32,000 bases of DNA from Candidatus Hadarchaeota archaeon. GTDB taxonomy: Archaea; Hadarchaeota; Hadarchaeia; Hadarchaeales; Hadarchaeaceae. Every line of letters begins with the position of its first letter. The first letter of the stretch is position 1. The notes below the pieces were generated by a model that worked only from the letters and a program-made list of their open reading frames with translations, was not told where the DNA came from and made no database searches. Position numbers and translations under genes: made by a program. This document shows positions 7,187 through 16,598 of the stretch, in pieces. The stretch lies in assembly GCA_964514965.1 (NCBI GenBank), contig CAZETV010000001.1:240001-272000 (forward strand). Direction: 5' to 3'.

Positions 7187-8059
7187 CTATGTGTTAAATT
7201 TATGCCCTAATTTTTCGAAGACCCGCTTCATTTCGAGCGAGTCCTGTTCTAAAATCGGTGATTCGGAAATTAAAGTAATGTTAACTTTTCGCTTGCGAAT
7301 CCCGCGCGCGAGCGGTTCGAAGGGTGGCTTGTTTACTTTGAATTCGAGGTGGCGTCGTTCGTTGCCTTCCCACGGCGCCTTGGCGGGCGCCCATTCTATA
7401 CTCGTGAAATGTGTATGCAAGTGCTTCAACTTCAGCGGCTTCAACTTTTCGAATATCCAATCGTAGTTTATTCTGCCAGCTTGGCGCGCGTAAATGTGCG
7501 CAAAGTCGACTACGGGTGTGCAACCCTTCAGCTTCTTACAAAGCTTGACTATTTCATCAAGCCTGCCGAACTGACTGACTTTGCCTGTGGTCTCCAATCC
7601 GAGTCGAACTCCCTTTATCTCATTTACGCGCATTCGATCTATTATATTTCGACAAGCGTTCTCCACAGCTTTGAATGCTGCGTCATGCGATAAGAGACCA
7701 TAAAAGCCTGGATGAAAAACCACGACATCAGCTCCCATGTGGAAGGCCCGCTCCGCCGAATCGAGAATGCGTCTCTTTGAAGCTTCGAGTTTTACAGATT
7801 CTTGCGAACAGAGGTTAATAAAATACGGACAGTGCACCGATAAACGCACACCTACTTCCTTCGCGACCCTCCCCACTTTATCCGCCATCTCGTTACTCAT
7901 CCCCACATGCCTAACGAATTCAACCTCAAACGCTGTAAGTTTAAGCTCGGCCACGCATTTTATGCCTCCTATTGTCGTCCTCTCCTTGCTCACTATCGGT
8001 ATGCCTGCGGGACCAAGGTATATCATGTGCTCCCAAAAAACACTTATGACAGTGGACAA
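7187..8059 (-). CDS. Endonuclease IV/xylose isomerase-like TIM barrel protein
   Basis: YLGPAGIPIVSKERTT, LSVHCPYFINL, VVFHPGFYG, GLETTGK, PVVDFAHIYAR, LKHLHTHFT. True start probably M12 (~8026), giving MIYLGPAGIP. Confidence 0.8.
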   Translation of the reverse strand: MSTVISVFWEHMIYLGPAGIPIVSKERTTIGGIKCVAELKLTAFEVEFVRHVGMSNEMADKVGRVAKEVGVRLSVHCPYFINLCSQESVKLEASKRRILDSAERAFHMGADVVVFHPGFYGLLSHDAAFKAVENACRNIIDRMRVNEIKGVRLGLETTGKVSQFGRLDEIVKLCKKLKGCTPVVDFAHIYARQAGRINYDWIFEKLKPLKLKHLHTHFTSIEWAPAKAPWEGNERRHLEFKVNKPPFEPLARGIRKRKVNITLISESPILEQDSLEMKRVFEKLGHKFNT

Positions 8060-8079
8060 AAATCCTTTGTGCTGGAGGC

Positions 8080-8676
8080 GTGGCCGTGCTGAGTCGAATT
8101 CGAAATCGAGTAAATCATTTGATCGCGCCTATAGCTAAAGCCTTCGCACGAACGGGCCTCACGCCGAACGTCTTTACTTTAATCGGGTTGGCGGCGGGTG
8201 TTGTTGCGGCTTTTCTTTTTGCTTACGGGCTGCAACCTTGGGCCGGGATCACCCTCCTCATCTGTGGGTTTTTTGATCTCATCGATGGGGCGATTGCTAG
8301 AGTAATCGATAGAGAAACAGCGTTCGGGGGAGTGCTCGATTCAGTAGTCGATCGGTATGTAGATTTCTTAATTTTTGCGGGCATTATTTACGCGTTTATC
8401 AACGGCCCGCTTGCTGAAGTGGGTTTTCTGCCTGGTTGGGTGTGGGGAATTCTAGCCATCTTTGGGAGCTTAATGGTCAGCTACACCCGCGCTAGGGCAG
8501 AGTCAGCTGGCTCGGGCAAGCTCGATGTGGGAATAGCCGAACGGGGGGAGCGGATTATCATCCTAGCCATCGGGGCATTGATTGGATACACACAATACGC
8601 AGTGGTTCTAATAGTGATTCTGACCCACCTCACCGTGGCTCAGAGGTTATTTACTGCAAAAATGCGATTTTCTTAA
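8080..8676 (+). CDS. CDP-alcohol phosphatidyltransferase, probable archaetidylinositol phosphate synthase
   Basis: Signature DLIDGAIARVIDRETAFGGVLDSVVDRYVD (DxxDGxxAR...GxxxDxxxD), several TM segments, inositol-1-phosphate synthase nearby. Confidence 0.9.
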   Translation: MAVLSRIRNRVNHLIAPIAKAFARTGLTPNVFTLIGLAAGVVAAFLFAYGLQPWAGITLLICGFFDLIDGAIARVIDRETAFGGVLDSVVDRYVDFLIFAGIIYAFINGPLAEVGFLPGWVWGILAIFGSLMVSYTRARAESAGSGKLDVGIAERGERIIILAIGALIGYTQYAVVLIVILTHLTVAQRLFTAKMRFS

Positions 8677-8681
8677 TATTT

Positions 8682-9008
8682 TCAGGAAAATTTCGAGTAA
8701 AGTTCCTTCAAGTATTTTTTGCCTTCCCCCAGCAACCTCTCGCCTTTCTTTGTTATTCTGTAGTATTTGCGTGCAGGCTTCCCTCGCTGCTCGCGCCACT
8801 CTTTCGCCACATAGCCCTCGCGCTGGAGATGGTAGAGCACAATGTACGAGGTGACGGTAGGTGGTTTCCACCCGAATTGCTTCTTAGTCTCCTGTCGCAG
8901 CTCGTACCCATACATCGGACGTTTTTTCAACAACTCCAAGAAGTAAGGCCAGACCATTTCAGTAGTTGTCTTTTTCTTCATTCTCCCTATAGCCAAGGAA
9001 AACCCCAC
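8682..9008 (-). CDS. PadR-family transcriptional regulator
   Basis: KKRPMYGYELRQETKKQFG...YIVLYHLQREGYVAKEWREQRGKPARKYYRITKKG. Confidence 0.92.
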   Translation of the reverse strand: MGFSLAIGRMKKKTTTEMVWPYFLELLKKRPMYGYELRQETKKQFGWKPPTVTSYIVLYHLQREGYVAKEWREQRGKPARKYYRITKKGERLLGEGKKYLKELYSKFS

Positions 9009-9025
9009 TTCATTTCAGTCGGAAA

Positions 9026-9034
9026 GCTTAAATA
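9026..9034 (+). promoter_or_regulatory. Putative TATA box for the 9068 gene
   Basis: cggaaagcttaaatagtaaa upstream of 9068, in the 59-bp divergent gap with the PadR gene. Confidence 0.4.
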
Positions 9035-9067
9035 GTAAATTCCCTGAGATATTTCCCAGGTTGAAAT

Positions 9068-9448
9068 ATGGTTGTAACAACAATACGGTGCCAAAGCTGT
9101 GGATACGAGTGGAGACCTAGAAGGAAAAGCAAGAGATGCCCCTCTTGTCTCCGCATGCTGGGAGAAACGAAAACCCGCAAGCGGGAGCGGGCGGCTGCAA
9201 AACTGGCGGAACTGCTCGCTTTTCACGGTTGGAAAGTTGAACCTAGCGGCGCGAAGAAGGCGATTGACATACAAGCTGGAAAAGATGGAAAAAAACTCTT
9301 CATAGATGTTAAGGCGGGCCGCAATTACTTTATCCGGAGTTCGCAGCTGAAAAACTTGCTTGACTATTGTGGCAAGACAAAAGATGTAGGTTTCGCATGC
9401 GAGATGGACGGAAAATTTTATCTTCTCATGTTAAAAGAAATTCTCTAA
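9068..9448 (+). CDS. Zinc-ribbon plus PD-(D/E)XK-like (putative nuclease) protein
   Basis: RCQSCGYEWRPRRKSKRCPSC ribbon, then ERAAAKLAELLAFHGWKVEPSGAKKAIDIQAGKDGKKLFIDVKAG, resembling the catalytic core of archaeal Holliday-junction-resolvase-like nucleases. Confidence 0.6.
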   Translation: MVVTTIRCQSCGYEWRPRRKSKRCPSCLRMLGETKTRKRERAAAKLAELLAFHGWKVEPSGAKKAIDIQAGKDGKKLFIDVKAGRNYFIRSSQLKNLLDYCGKTKDVGFACEMDGKFYLLMLKEIL

Positions 9449-9472
9449 ACCTCAGAGGAATCGAACTACGAA

Positions 9473-10555
9473 GTGGTTATGATGTCTAAAATCAAAGTGG
9501 CAATCGTGGGTGCGGGCAACTGTGCGTCGTCCTTGGTGCAAGGTATTGAGTACTATAAGAATGCGCGCGAGAATCAGTTCGTCCCAGGTCTTATGCATGT
9601 AGACTTCGGTGGCTACCACATCCGAGATATCGAGTTCGTGGCGGCCTTTGATGTTGACGCAAACAAGGTGGGAAAGGACTTGGCAGAGGCTATCTTTACG
9701 CCCCCCAACTGCACAATCAAATTCAGCGATGTCCCGGAGCTGGGGGTTGAGGTCACAAAAGGTCCGGTGCTAGATGGCCTCGGCAGATATCTGAAGCCTG
9801 TAGTCCCAGTAGACCCAACACAGAAGCCCGTCGAGGTCGCAAAGATACTAGAAGACGCTGGCGCTGATATTCTAATCAGCTACCTGCCAGTGGGAAGTTA
9901 TGAGGCTTCGCGTTATTATGCCCAACAAGCGATTAAAACAGGAATCGGATACATAAATTGCATCCCCGAGTTTTTAGTATCGAGTAAAGAGTGGGGCAAA
10001 CGGTTTGAAGACGCCAAGTTACCTTGCGCAGGCGACGATATCAAATCTCAAGTTGGAGCGACAATTCTGCACCGTATGCTCGCGAGATTGCTAATCGACC
10101 GCGGGGTTAAGCTGGAGGAAAGCTACCAACTGAACATCGGCGGAAATTGCGATTTTTTGAACATGCTTGAAGAGGAGCGCCTGAGTTCTAAACGCGTGAG
10201 CAAGACAGAGGCCGTTTCAAGCCAAGTGCCCTATGAAGTGCCGCTTAGGATCGGTCCCAGCGATTACGTTCCATTCCTCAAAGACAATAAAGTTTGTTAC
10301 ATCCACATGCGGGGACGAAAGTTTGGGGATATACCACTTTCCATAGACGTGAAACTCTCTGTCGAGGACTCTCCGAATAGCGCTGGTGTAGTTATCGACG
10401 CCATCCGTGCAGTGAAGCTTGCGCTTGACCGTGGTATAGGCGGGCCACTTATCGGCGTTTCAGCTTACTTTTTTAAACATCCACCAGTTCAAATGGCAGA
10501 TACTGAAGCGAAAAAAGCGGTCGAAGACTTCATCACTGGTGAAAGGGAGAGATGA
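9473..10555 (+). CDS. ino1: Inositol-1-phosphate synthase (myo-inositol-3-phosphate synthase family)
   Basis: [88 protein letters not shown]. Confidence 0.96.
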   Translation: MVMMSKIKVAIVGAGNCASSLVQGIEYYKNARENQFVPGLMHVDFGGYHIRDIEFVAAFDVDANKVGKDLAEAIFTPPNCTIKFSDVPELGVEVTKGPVLDGLGRYLKPVVPVDPTQKPVEVAKILEDAGADILISYLPVGSYEASRYYAQQAIKTGIGYINCIPEFLVSSKEWGKRFEDAKLPCAGDDIKSQVGATILHRMLARLLIDRGVKLEESYQLNIGGNCDFLNMLEEERLSSKRVSKTEAVSSQVPYEVPLRIGPSDYVPFLKDNKVCYIHMRGRKFGDIPLSIDVKLSVEDSPNSAGVVIDAIRAVKLALDRGIGGPLIGVSAYFFKHPPVQMADTEAKKAVEDFITGERER

Positions 10556-11463
10556 TGAGAAATCTTGAATTTGATGTCGTCGTGGTTGGGCACGTTGCAA
10601 TTGATATAAACGTGCTGCCATGGGGTGTCATCGAGAATGCACTCGGTGGTGCCCCTAGTTATGCTGGGCTAGCGTTTGTTGCATTGAAAAAAAGCGTCGG
10701 CGTTATTTCAAAAGTTGGAGTTGATTTTTTGGAAAAGTTTCCACCGATATACAGCAAGTTTGGTCTCGGCACCGAAGGCATTTTAGTTGGTGGAGAATAC
10801 ACGACTACATTCGAAAACACTTACGATGAAGCAGGCAATCGTACACAAGTTTGCAAACATGTCGCGCCGAAGATTTTACCAGATGATATCCCCGCGGCGT
10901 ATGAGAACGCTCACAGTTTTTACGTTTCACCAATAGCTGGCGAGATAACGCCTGAATTACTCAAGGCGCTCAAACGCGAAACGAATTTAGTCATGCTCGA
11001 CCCCCAGGGGATTTTCAGACGAGTAAACGAGAAGGGAAAAGTGGAGATTGCACCTCGAGATGACTTAGCAGATTTTTTGAAATACGTCGATGTTATAAAA
11101 ATAGGAAAAGAAGAAGCCAAAGCGTTGCGAGGCGAGGCCAAAGAAGTTTTGAAAGAGCTGCGCAAGATGGGGCCTAAAATCGCCATCCTGACAAAAGCTG
11201 AAAAGGGCTATGCTGTACTTTCGGATGAAGGGTTCGAAGAGGTCGACGCCATAAAAGTCGATGCGAAAGACTTAACAGGCGCGGGTGATGTTTTTGGGGC
11301 TGCTTTTTTGGCGAAGTATTTGCAGACGCACGGAGTTTCCGAATCGGCGAAATTTGCAAACGCGGCCGCTGGTCTAAAAATAAGATACAAGGGGCCCACT
11401 GGTTTCCCCTCCGAGAAAGAGGTTCTAGAATCTTTCAGTAAGTTCGGGCAATTAGCACGTTAG
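10552..11463 (+). CDS. PfkB-family sugar/inositol kinase
   Basis: [50 protein letters not shown]. Overlaps the end of ino1. Confidence 0.9.
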   Translation: MMRNLEFDVVVVGHVAIDINVLPWGVIENALGGAPSYAGLAFVALKKSVGVISKVGVDFLEKFPPIYSKFGLGTEGILVGGEYTTTFENTYDEAGNRTQVCKHVAPKILPDDIPAAYENAHSFYVSPIAGEITPELLKALKRETNLVMLDPQGIFRRVNEKGKVEIAPRDDLADFLKYVDVIKIGKEEAKALRGEAKEVLKELRKMGPKIAILTKAEKGYAVLSDEGFEEVDAIKVDAKDLTGAGDVFGAAFLAKYLQTHGVSESAKFANAAAGLKIRYKGPTGFPSEKEVLESFSKFGQLAR

Positions 11464-12874
11464 CTTTTGCCCTTTTTGAGCAAATTGGGCAAACTCCAGC
11501 TGGGGCTTCACCATCTAATTCCTCTCCGAGCAAATCCCCACCCGTTTGTTCCTCAAGTGCCTTTCCGCACGCCTCTCCCCCACACCAAGGCACGCGAGCT
11601 ATCCCCCCGCGTTTTTCCATCATCTGCTTTACCGTTTTCACATCGGAAGTACTCTTCACAGATTCTTGAAAGAAACTCCACGCTCGTTTGTGGAGGTCGT
11701 TGGTAATCTCCTCGAGCAATTGCTTAACTTTGGTCTTAAGTATCTCCCTCGAAATCGCCTGCTTTTCGCCCGTGTCGCGCCTGACCGCAATCACCTGCTT
11801 CTTCCCCACATCTTTGGGCCCTATCTCGAGCCTCAGCGGCACGCCACGGCGTTCCCAGTAATAAAATTTGTTACCGGGACGGAGGTCGCGCTCATCGAGA
11901 TGAACTCTCACACCAGCCGCCGCGAGTTCATTTTTGATTTCGATTGCAATCTGCTCAACTGGCGTTTCCTTATCCTTGTAAGGGATCGGCACAATCACAA
12001 CCTGAATTTTTGTGATATCAGGGGGCAAACACAGGCCAATGTCATCACCGTGTGCCATTATCACCGCAGCTATCACTCGCTCGGAAATTCCATAGCACGT
12101 TTGATAAACATGATGATGCTCCCCGCTGGGTGTTTCGTATTTGAGATCATACACCTTCGCGAAGTTCTGCCCGAGGTTGTGGACCGTACCCACCTGTAGC
12201 GCCCGTCCATCTGGGGCCAAAGTGTCGAATGCGATTGAGTATTCGGCACCAGCGAACGTATCCCACGGTGGACGCTTGGTCACAACATAGGGCACGCCAA
12301 GTTCATCGAAGAAGCGCTTGTAAAGTTGCACCGCTTCCTGCACTTGCGCCTCTGCCTCTTCGCGCTTGGCGTGTACAGTGTGGGCCTCCTTGAAAGTTGT
12401 CACCTCTCGCAAGCGAATCATCGGTTTGGTCATTTTCGTCTCATAGCGGAAGATATTGACGATTTGGTAAATTTTGATCGGGAGATCGGCATGAGAACGA
12501 ATCCAGAGCGCGAACATTGGATAAATTGAGGTTTCGCTCGTAGGACGAAGTGCGAGCTTGACATCAAGCTTGTCTAGTCCGCCGTGAGTTACCCAGTAGA
12601 CCTCGTTTTCAAATCCTCGAATGTGTTTCGCTTCTTTTTTGAAGAGGTTCTCGGGGATTAAAAGGGGGAAGAGCACTTCCTGGTGCCCAGCTTGCTCCAG
12701 TAACTCGCGAATTATCGCAAATATGTGATTACGTAATTGCAACCCGTTGGGGAGCCAAACATAAAGTCCTTTGACGGGGTAACGGGTCTCCACTATGTCG
12801 GCGCTACGCAGAATGCCATTGAACCACTCGCTAAATTTCTTTTGCCAAAGGTCGCGTTTCGCCACTTGCACCAC
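11435..12874 (-). CDS. proS: Prolyl-tRNA synthetase, archaeal/eukaryal type
   Basis: VKGLYVWLPNGLQLRNHI, HQEVLFPLLIPE, LRPTSETSIYPMFALWIRSH, QAEWD-like RPPWDTFAGAEYSIAFD, C-terminal CGGEACGKALEE...CPICSKRAK...ARTY. Confidence 0.96.
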   Translation of the reverse strand: MVQVAKRDLWQKKFSEWFNGILRSADIVETRYPVKGLYVWLPNGLQLRNHIFAIIRELLEQAGHQEVLFPLLIPENLFKKEAKHIRGFENEVYWVTHGGLDKLDVKLALRPTSETSIYPMFALWIRSHADLPIKIYQIVNIFRYETKMTKPMIRLREVTTFKEAHTVHAKREEAEAQVQEAVQLYKRFFDELGVPYVVTKRPPWDTFAGAEYSIAFDTLAPDGRALQVGTVHNLGQNFAKVYDLKYETPSGEHHHVYQTCYGISERVIAAVIMAHGDDIGLCLPPDITKIQVVIVPIPYKDKETPVEQIAIEIKNELAAAGVRVHLDERDLRPGNKFYYWERRGVPLRLEIGPKDVGKKQVIAVRRDTGEKQAISREILKTKVKQLLEEITNDLHKRAWSFFQESVKSTSDVKTVKQMMEKRGGIARVPWCGGEACGKALEEQTGGDLLGEELDGEAPAGVCPICSKRAKANVLIARTY

Positions 12875-13056
12875 CTTGGGATAATCGCCAATTTAATTTA
12901 AGTAATTATCCGAAACGCTGCTAAAAGAGCAATTTGTGTTGGCGACGGTTAGTATGAGCTGATCCTCCGAAACGTTAGCCAACGTCTGTCCGAGCTAGCT
13001 GCCCTCCGCCGCCGTGATAACTATTTTCTCGTCTATACTCAAAAAACTATCTCATC

Positions 13057-14124
13057 TCATGCTGTGAGCAGCTTTCGACCATCTTTTTTTACTAACAACA
13101 TGTCCTCCCAACGTGCCCCGCCAACATCTGGGACATAGACGCCCGGTTCTACGGTGATAATCATCCCTTCGCGCAAGATATCTTTCGAGTTCGGAGCAAG
13201 GCTCGGAGGCTCATGAATTTCCATCCCGACACCATGCCCTATACCGTGCGGGGAGAATTTGGCATAGCCGGCACGCGAGATGATTCCACGCGCGGCTTTA
13301 TCCACATAACTGGTTTCAACATCGCTACGAACACGGTTAATCGCTGCGTTTTGAGCTTGTCTGACTAACTTAATCAACGTGAGCTGTTTTTTTGTCGGCG
13401 AAAGCGTAAAAGTTCGTGTCATGTCTGAGGCGTAACCCTTGTAAATGGCGCCTAGATCGACGACGACAAGCTCCCTCCGTCGAAAGCTTTTTCCAGTCAC
13501 GCTAGCGTGGGGCAACCAAGAATTTCTGCCAGAAGCGACGATCGTTGGAAATGATGTTCCTTCAGACCCGGCCACCCGCATCTCGTGCTCCACCTCCGCA
13601 GCAACCTCTAACTCTGTTCGTCCAACCGCAATCGCTTCCGCGGCGCAGCGCATACCTATCGTAGCTATTTTCGCGGATTTCCGCAGTAAGGATACTTCTT
13701 CTCTTGATTTGATTTTACGAAGTTCGAGTATGAGTTCGGGTAGCTCATGGTAGTTTGCCGTATAAGCAGCCCGCAACTTTCGCATAAACTCCCGTCCCAC
13801 ATGATCGTAGCCCACGGCTTGAGCACCTAACTCTTGCATGCAATTATCGATAAGCTGCCAAGGTTTACAAAAACTTACCCGCTCTCCACGGCGCAGAGGG
13901 GCTTTCCAACTAGAGAAAGCTCGAACGTCGCGAATCCAACTCTCCCTCTTGGCTTGGTCAAACTCGAGCCTGCTACATATGAGCAAGGGAGGCTCATCGG
14001 TGGGAACTATCACCGCCTTTGCCGCAGTAGTGTCCGCCAAGTAGCGAGTGTTCTGAATCGCTAAAAAAGCGTCCAGCCCACGTTTAATGAGTTCATCCTT
14101 CAATTTTTTGATATGCTTTTTCAA
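13057..14124 (-). CDS. M24-family metallopeptidase (Xaa-Pro dipeptidase/aminopeptidase type)
   Basis: VVVDLGAIYKGYASDMTRTF, SPHGIGHGVGMEIHE, GMIITVEPGVYVPDVGGARWED. Confidence 0.93.
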   Translation of the reverse strand: MKKHIKKLKDELIKRGLDAFLAIQNTRYLADTTAAKAVIVPTDEPPLLICSRLEFDQAKRESWIRDVRAFSSWKAPLRRGERVSFCKPWQLIDNCMQELGAQAVGYDHVGREFMRKLRAAYTANYHELPELILELRKIKSREEVSLLRKSAKIATIGMRCAAEAIAVGRTELEVAAEVEHEMRVAGSEGTSFPTIVASGRNSWLPHASVTGKSFRRRELVVVDLGAIYKGYASDMTRTFTLSPTKKQLTLIKLVRQAQNAAINRVRSDVETSYVDKAARGIISRAGYAKFSPHGIGHGVGMEIHEPPSLAPNSKDILREGMIITVEPGVYVPDVGGARWEDMLLVKKDGRKLLTA

Positions 14125-14171
14125 ATACTAACCCGATCAAGCTTTAGGAGGCTAGGTAAAAATGTTCTCCG

Positions 14172-14702
14172 ATGGTCACTCACAAACTCGAGTTGAAACG
14201 ACGTTACGGCGAAACAGCATTCATGTACGAACAACGTTACGAGCAAATCCAACGCGAGAAGTACGAAATCGTCACCAAGAATCTTTCTCAGGTTAGTAAA
14301 GTTCTTGATTTGGGTTGCGGCACGGGCATGCTCTTAAGCGAACTCGCGCGGCGAAGCGAGTTCGTGGTTGGCATAGATTCATCGCCTGAGATGCTAGAGC
14401 TGGCGAGGAAACGGAAAGGTAGCGCGGTGCTCGTGCTCGCGGACGCCGATTACTTGCCATTCGCCGACAGCAGCTTTGATGCGGTGGTCTCGGTAACCAT
14501 GCTCCAAAACATGCCCCATCCAGCTGCTACGTTACGAGAGGTCGCACGAGTGACAAAGCCCGGAGGGATTGTGATCATTACTACCCTCAAGCACAAACAC
14601 TCTATGGACGAGCTTGAACGTTGTGTTCAGGCTGCTGGTTTCAAGCTGCTCGATTCGGGTGAAGTTGGCGAAGAAGATGTTTTCTGTATCGCAAGACGAT
14701 AG
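14172..14702 (+). CDS. Class I SAM-dependent methyltransferase
   Basis: VSKVLDLGCGTGMLLSELARRSEFVVGIDSSPEMLELA, LADADYLPFADSSFDAVVSVTMLQN. Confidence 0.92.
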   Translation: MVTHKLELKRRYGETAFMYEQRYEQIQREKYEIVTKNLSQVSKVLDLGCGTGMLLSELARRSEFVVGIDSSPEMLELARKRKGSAVLVLADADYLPFADSSFDAVVSVTMLQNMPHPAATLREVARVTKPGGIVIITTLKHKHSMDELERCVQAAGFKLLDSGEVGEEDVFCIARR

Positions 14703-14849
14703 CTGAAAAGTACCTTAATTTAAAATTTTACCTTCTATGCAATTTGGTAGCGCCTCTTCCTTTACCCTCCAATTGCGAAATCAAACCTGTGCTCGAGGTT
14801 CATGACCCAAGTTTTTATGCTTTTGACATAAACTTTATCGAGGGAGCAG

Positions 14850-15392
14850 TTGAAGCTAGCAATCATCGTAATCGACATGCTCAACGATTTTGTCGGGGGG
14901 AAGTTGGGATTCGAACGAGCAAAGGCAATAGTTCCAAACATCAAAAGATTGCTCGATTTCGCCCATGAACGAGGCATTCAAGTAATCTATATCTGCGACG
15001 CCCACACACCAGAGGACCACGAACTCAAACTATGGGGAGAGCACGCGATGGCTGGGAGCGAGGGGGCGCAAGTGGTGCCTGAACTCAAGCCCACGAAAAA
15101 TGATAGCATTCTGGAAAAGAGCACTTACGATATCTTCTTTAATACCGACATGGATGAGATGCTTCGCGGGATGGGCGTGAACAGGCTCGTGCTAACAGGT
15201 GTGGTAACGGAAATCTGCGTACAAAACTCTGCAGGAGGAGGATTCCTCCGAGGTTATGAGGTAACGGTGCTCGAGGATTGTGTGGCCTCGCCAGACGAAA
15301 GTCTCCAACACGCCTCGCTCGAGTACATGAAGCGCGTTTACGGCGTGAATGTAACCAATTCGAGTGAACTTATTAAAAGTATGGGGGGATGA
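14850..15392 (+). CDS. Cysteine hydrolase of the isochorismatase family, probable nicotinamidase
   Basis: LAIIVIDMLNDFVGG, YICDAHTPEDHELKLWGEHAMAG, LTGVVTEICVQNSAGGGFLRGYEVTVLEDCVAS. Sits next to a nicotinate phosphoribosyltransferase. Confidence 0.9.
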   Translation: MKLAIIVIDMLNDFVGGKLGFERAKAIVPNIKRLLDFAHERGIQVIYICDAHTPEDHELKLWGEHAMAGSEGAQVVPELKPTKNDSILEKSTYDIFFNTDMDEMLRGMGVNRLVLTGVVTEICVQNSAGGGFLRGYEVTVLEDCVASPDESLQHASLEYMKRVYGVNVTNSSELIKSMGG

Positions 15393-16587
15393 GTTGCGAG
15401 CTTTCCACGTGGCGTCGGATGAAGAAATCAAACAAGGCAAAACAACTGATGTTTACTTTGGACGCACGAAGCAAATCCTCGATGCTAAAGGGTTAAGCAA
15501 TGCCCAAGTTGTTGCAGAGGTGACGGCGAATAACCTGCCACGAGATTGGTTATGGGCTGTGCTCTGTGGAGTTGATGAGGTCGCCAAGCTCTTCGAAGGT
15601 CACTCCGTCGATGTCTACGCAATGTCAGAAGGGAATATCTTCCGCCCGCATGACTACCCCGGGATGCGAATGCCAGTAGCGGTAATCGAGGGCCCCTACG
15701 GAGAGTTCTGTGAACTCGAGACCCCCTTGCTGGGATTGCTCTGTCAAGCCTCAGGGGTGGCGACGATGGCAGCTAGGATAAGAAAAATCGTTGGCACCAA
15801 ACTTCTCATGTCTTTCGGTATTCGGAGAGCGCACCCGGCACTCGCCCCCATGCTCGATCGTGCTGCTTACATTGGGGGGTTCGATGGGGTTTCGAGCTTG
15901 GTGGGAGCGAAGGCGATCGGGAAGGAACCGATGGGCACAATGCCCCACTCTTTGGTAATAGCGTTCGGCGATCAGGTCAAAGCTTGGCGAGCATTCGACG
16001 AGGTTATGCTTTCCAAGGTGCCCCGGATAATGCTTGTGGACACTTACTTCGATGAAAAAATAGAATCAATCATGGCAGCTGAAGCACTCGGCAAAAGGTT
16101 GCAAGGCGTTAGGCTCGATACTCCAAGTTCAAGGAAAGGTGATTTTGCGGAGATAATCCGGGAGGTCAGATGGGAACTCGACACCAGAGGATACGGCCAC
16201 GCCAAAATAATAGTATCTGGTGGAGTTGATGATAACAACATAAAAGGTCTAGTCGAGGCCGGAGCTGATGGTTTTGGTGTCGGAACCCCGTTAACCAATG
16301 CACCGACAATCGATTTCGCAATGGACATTGTGGAGCTTAATGGCAAACCAGTTGCAAAACGAGGCAAACTTGGTGGCTTAAAACGAGCTTGGAGGTGCCC
16401 GAAATGCTTGACAGATGTACTCCTGCCCGCTCGTGAAGCATCTCCTAGTTGCCCGAGCTGCGGAGGTAAAACAAAACAAGTTTTAATTCCTTTAATTAAA
16501 AAAGGAAAAATCGCCGCAAAGCTTCCTTCTGTCGAGGAGATACGGAAGCGAGTTCTTGCGCAACTTAAAAAATTGGAACCGCTTTAG
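15364..16587 (+). CDS. Nicotinate phosphoribosyltransferase
   Basis: TTDVYFGRT, VYAMSEGNIF, MPVAVIEGPYGEFCELETPLLGLLCQASG, MLDRAAYIGGFDGVSS, VSGGVDDNNIKGLVEAGADGFGVGTPLTN, C-terminal CPKC...CPSCGG. Start uncertain (15364 GTG or a TTG near 15394). Confidence 0.93.
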   Translation: MNLLKVWGDELRAFHVASDEEIKQGKTTDVYFGRTKQILDAKGLSNAQVVAEVTANNLPRDWLWAVLCGVDEVAKLFEGHSVDVYAMSEGNIFRPHDYPGMRMPVAVIEGPYGEFCELETPLLGLLCQASGVATMAARIRKIVGTKLLMSFGIRRAHPALAPMLDRAAYIGGFDGVSSLVGAKAIGKEPMGTMPHSLVIAFGDQVKAWRAFDEVMLSKVPRIMLVDTYFDEKIESIMAAEALGKRLQGVRLDTPSSRKGDFAEIIREVRWELDTRGYGHAKIIVSGGVDDNNIKGLVEAGADGFGVGTPLTNAPTIDFAMDIVELNGKPVAKRGKLGGLKRAWRCPKCLTDVLLPAREASPSCPSCGGKTKQVLIPLIKKGKIAAKLPSVEEIRKRVLAQLKKLEPL

Positions 16588-16598
16588 GGGGGACTAAA

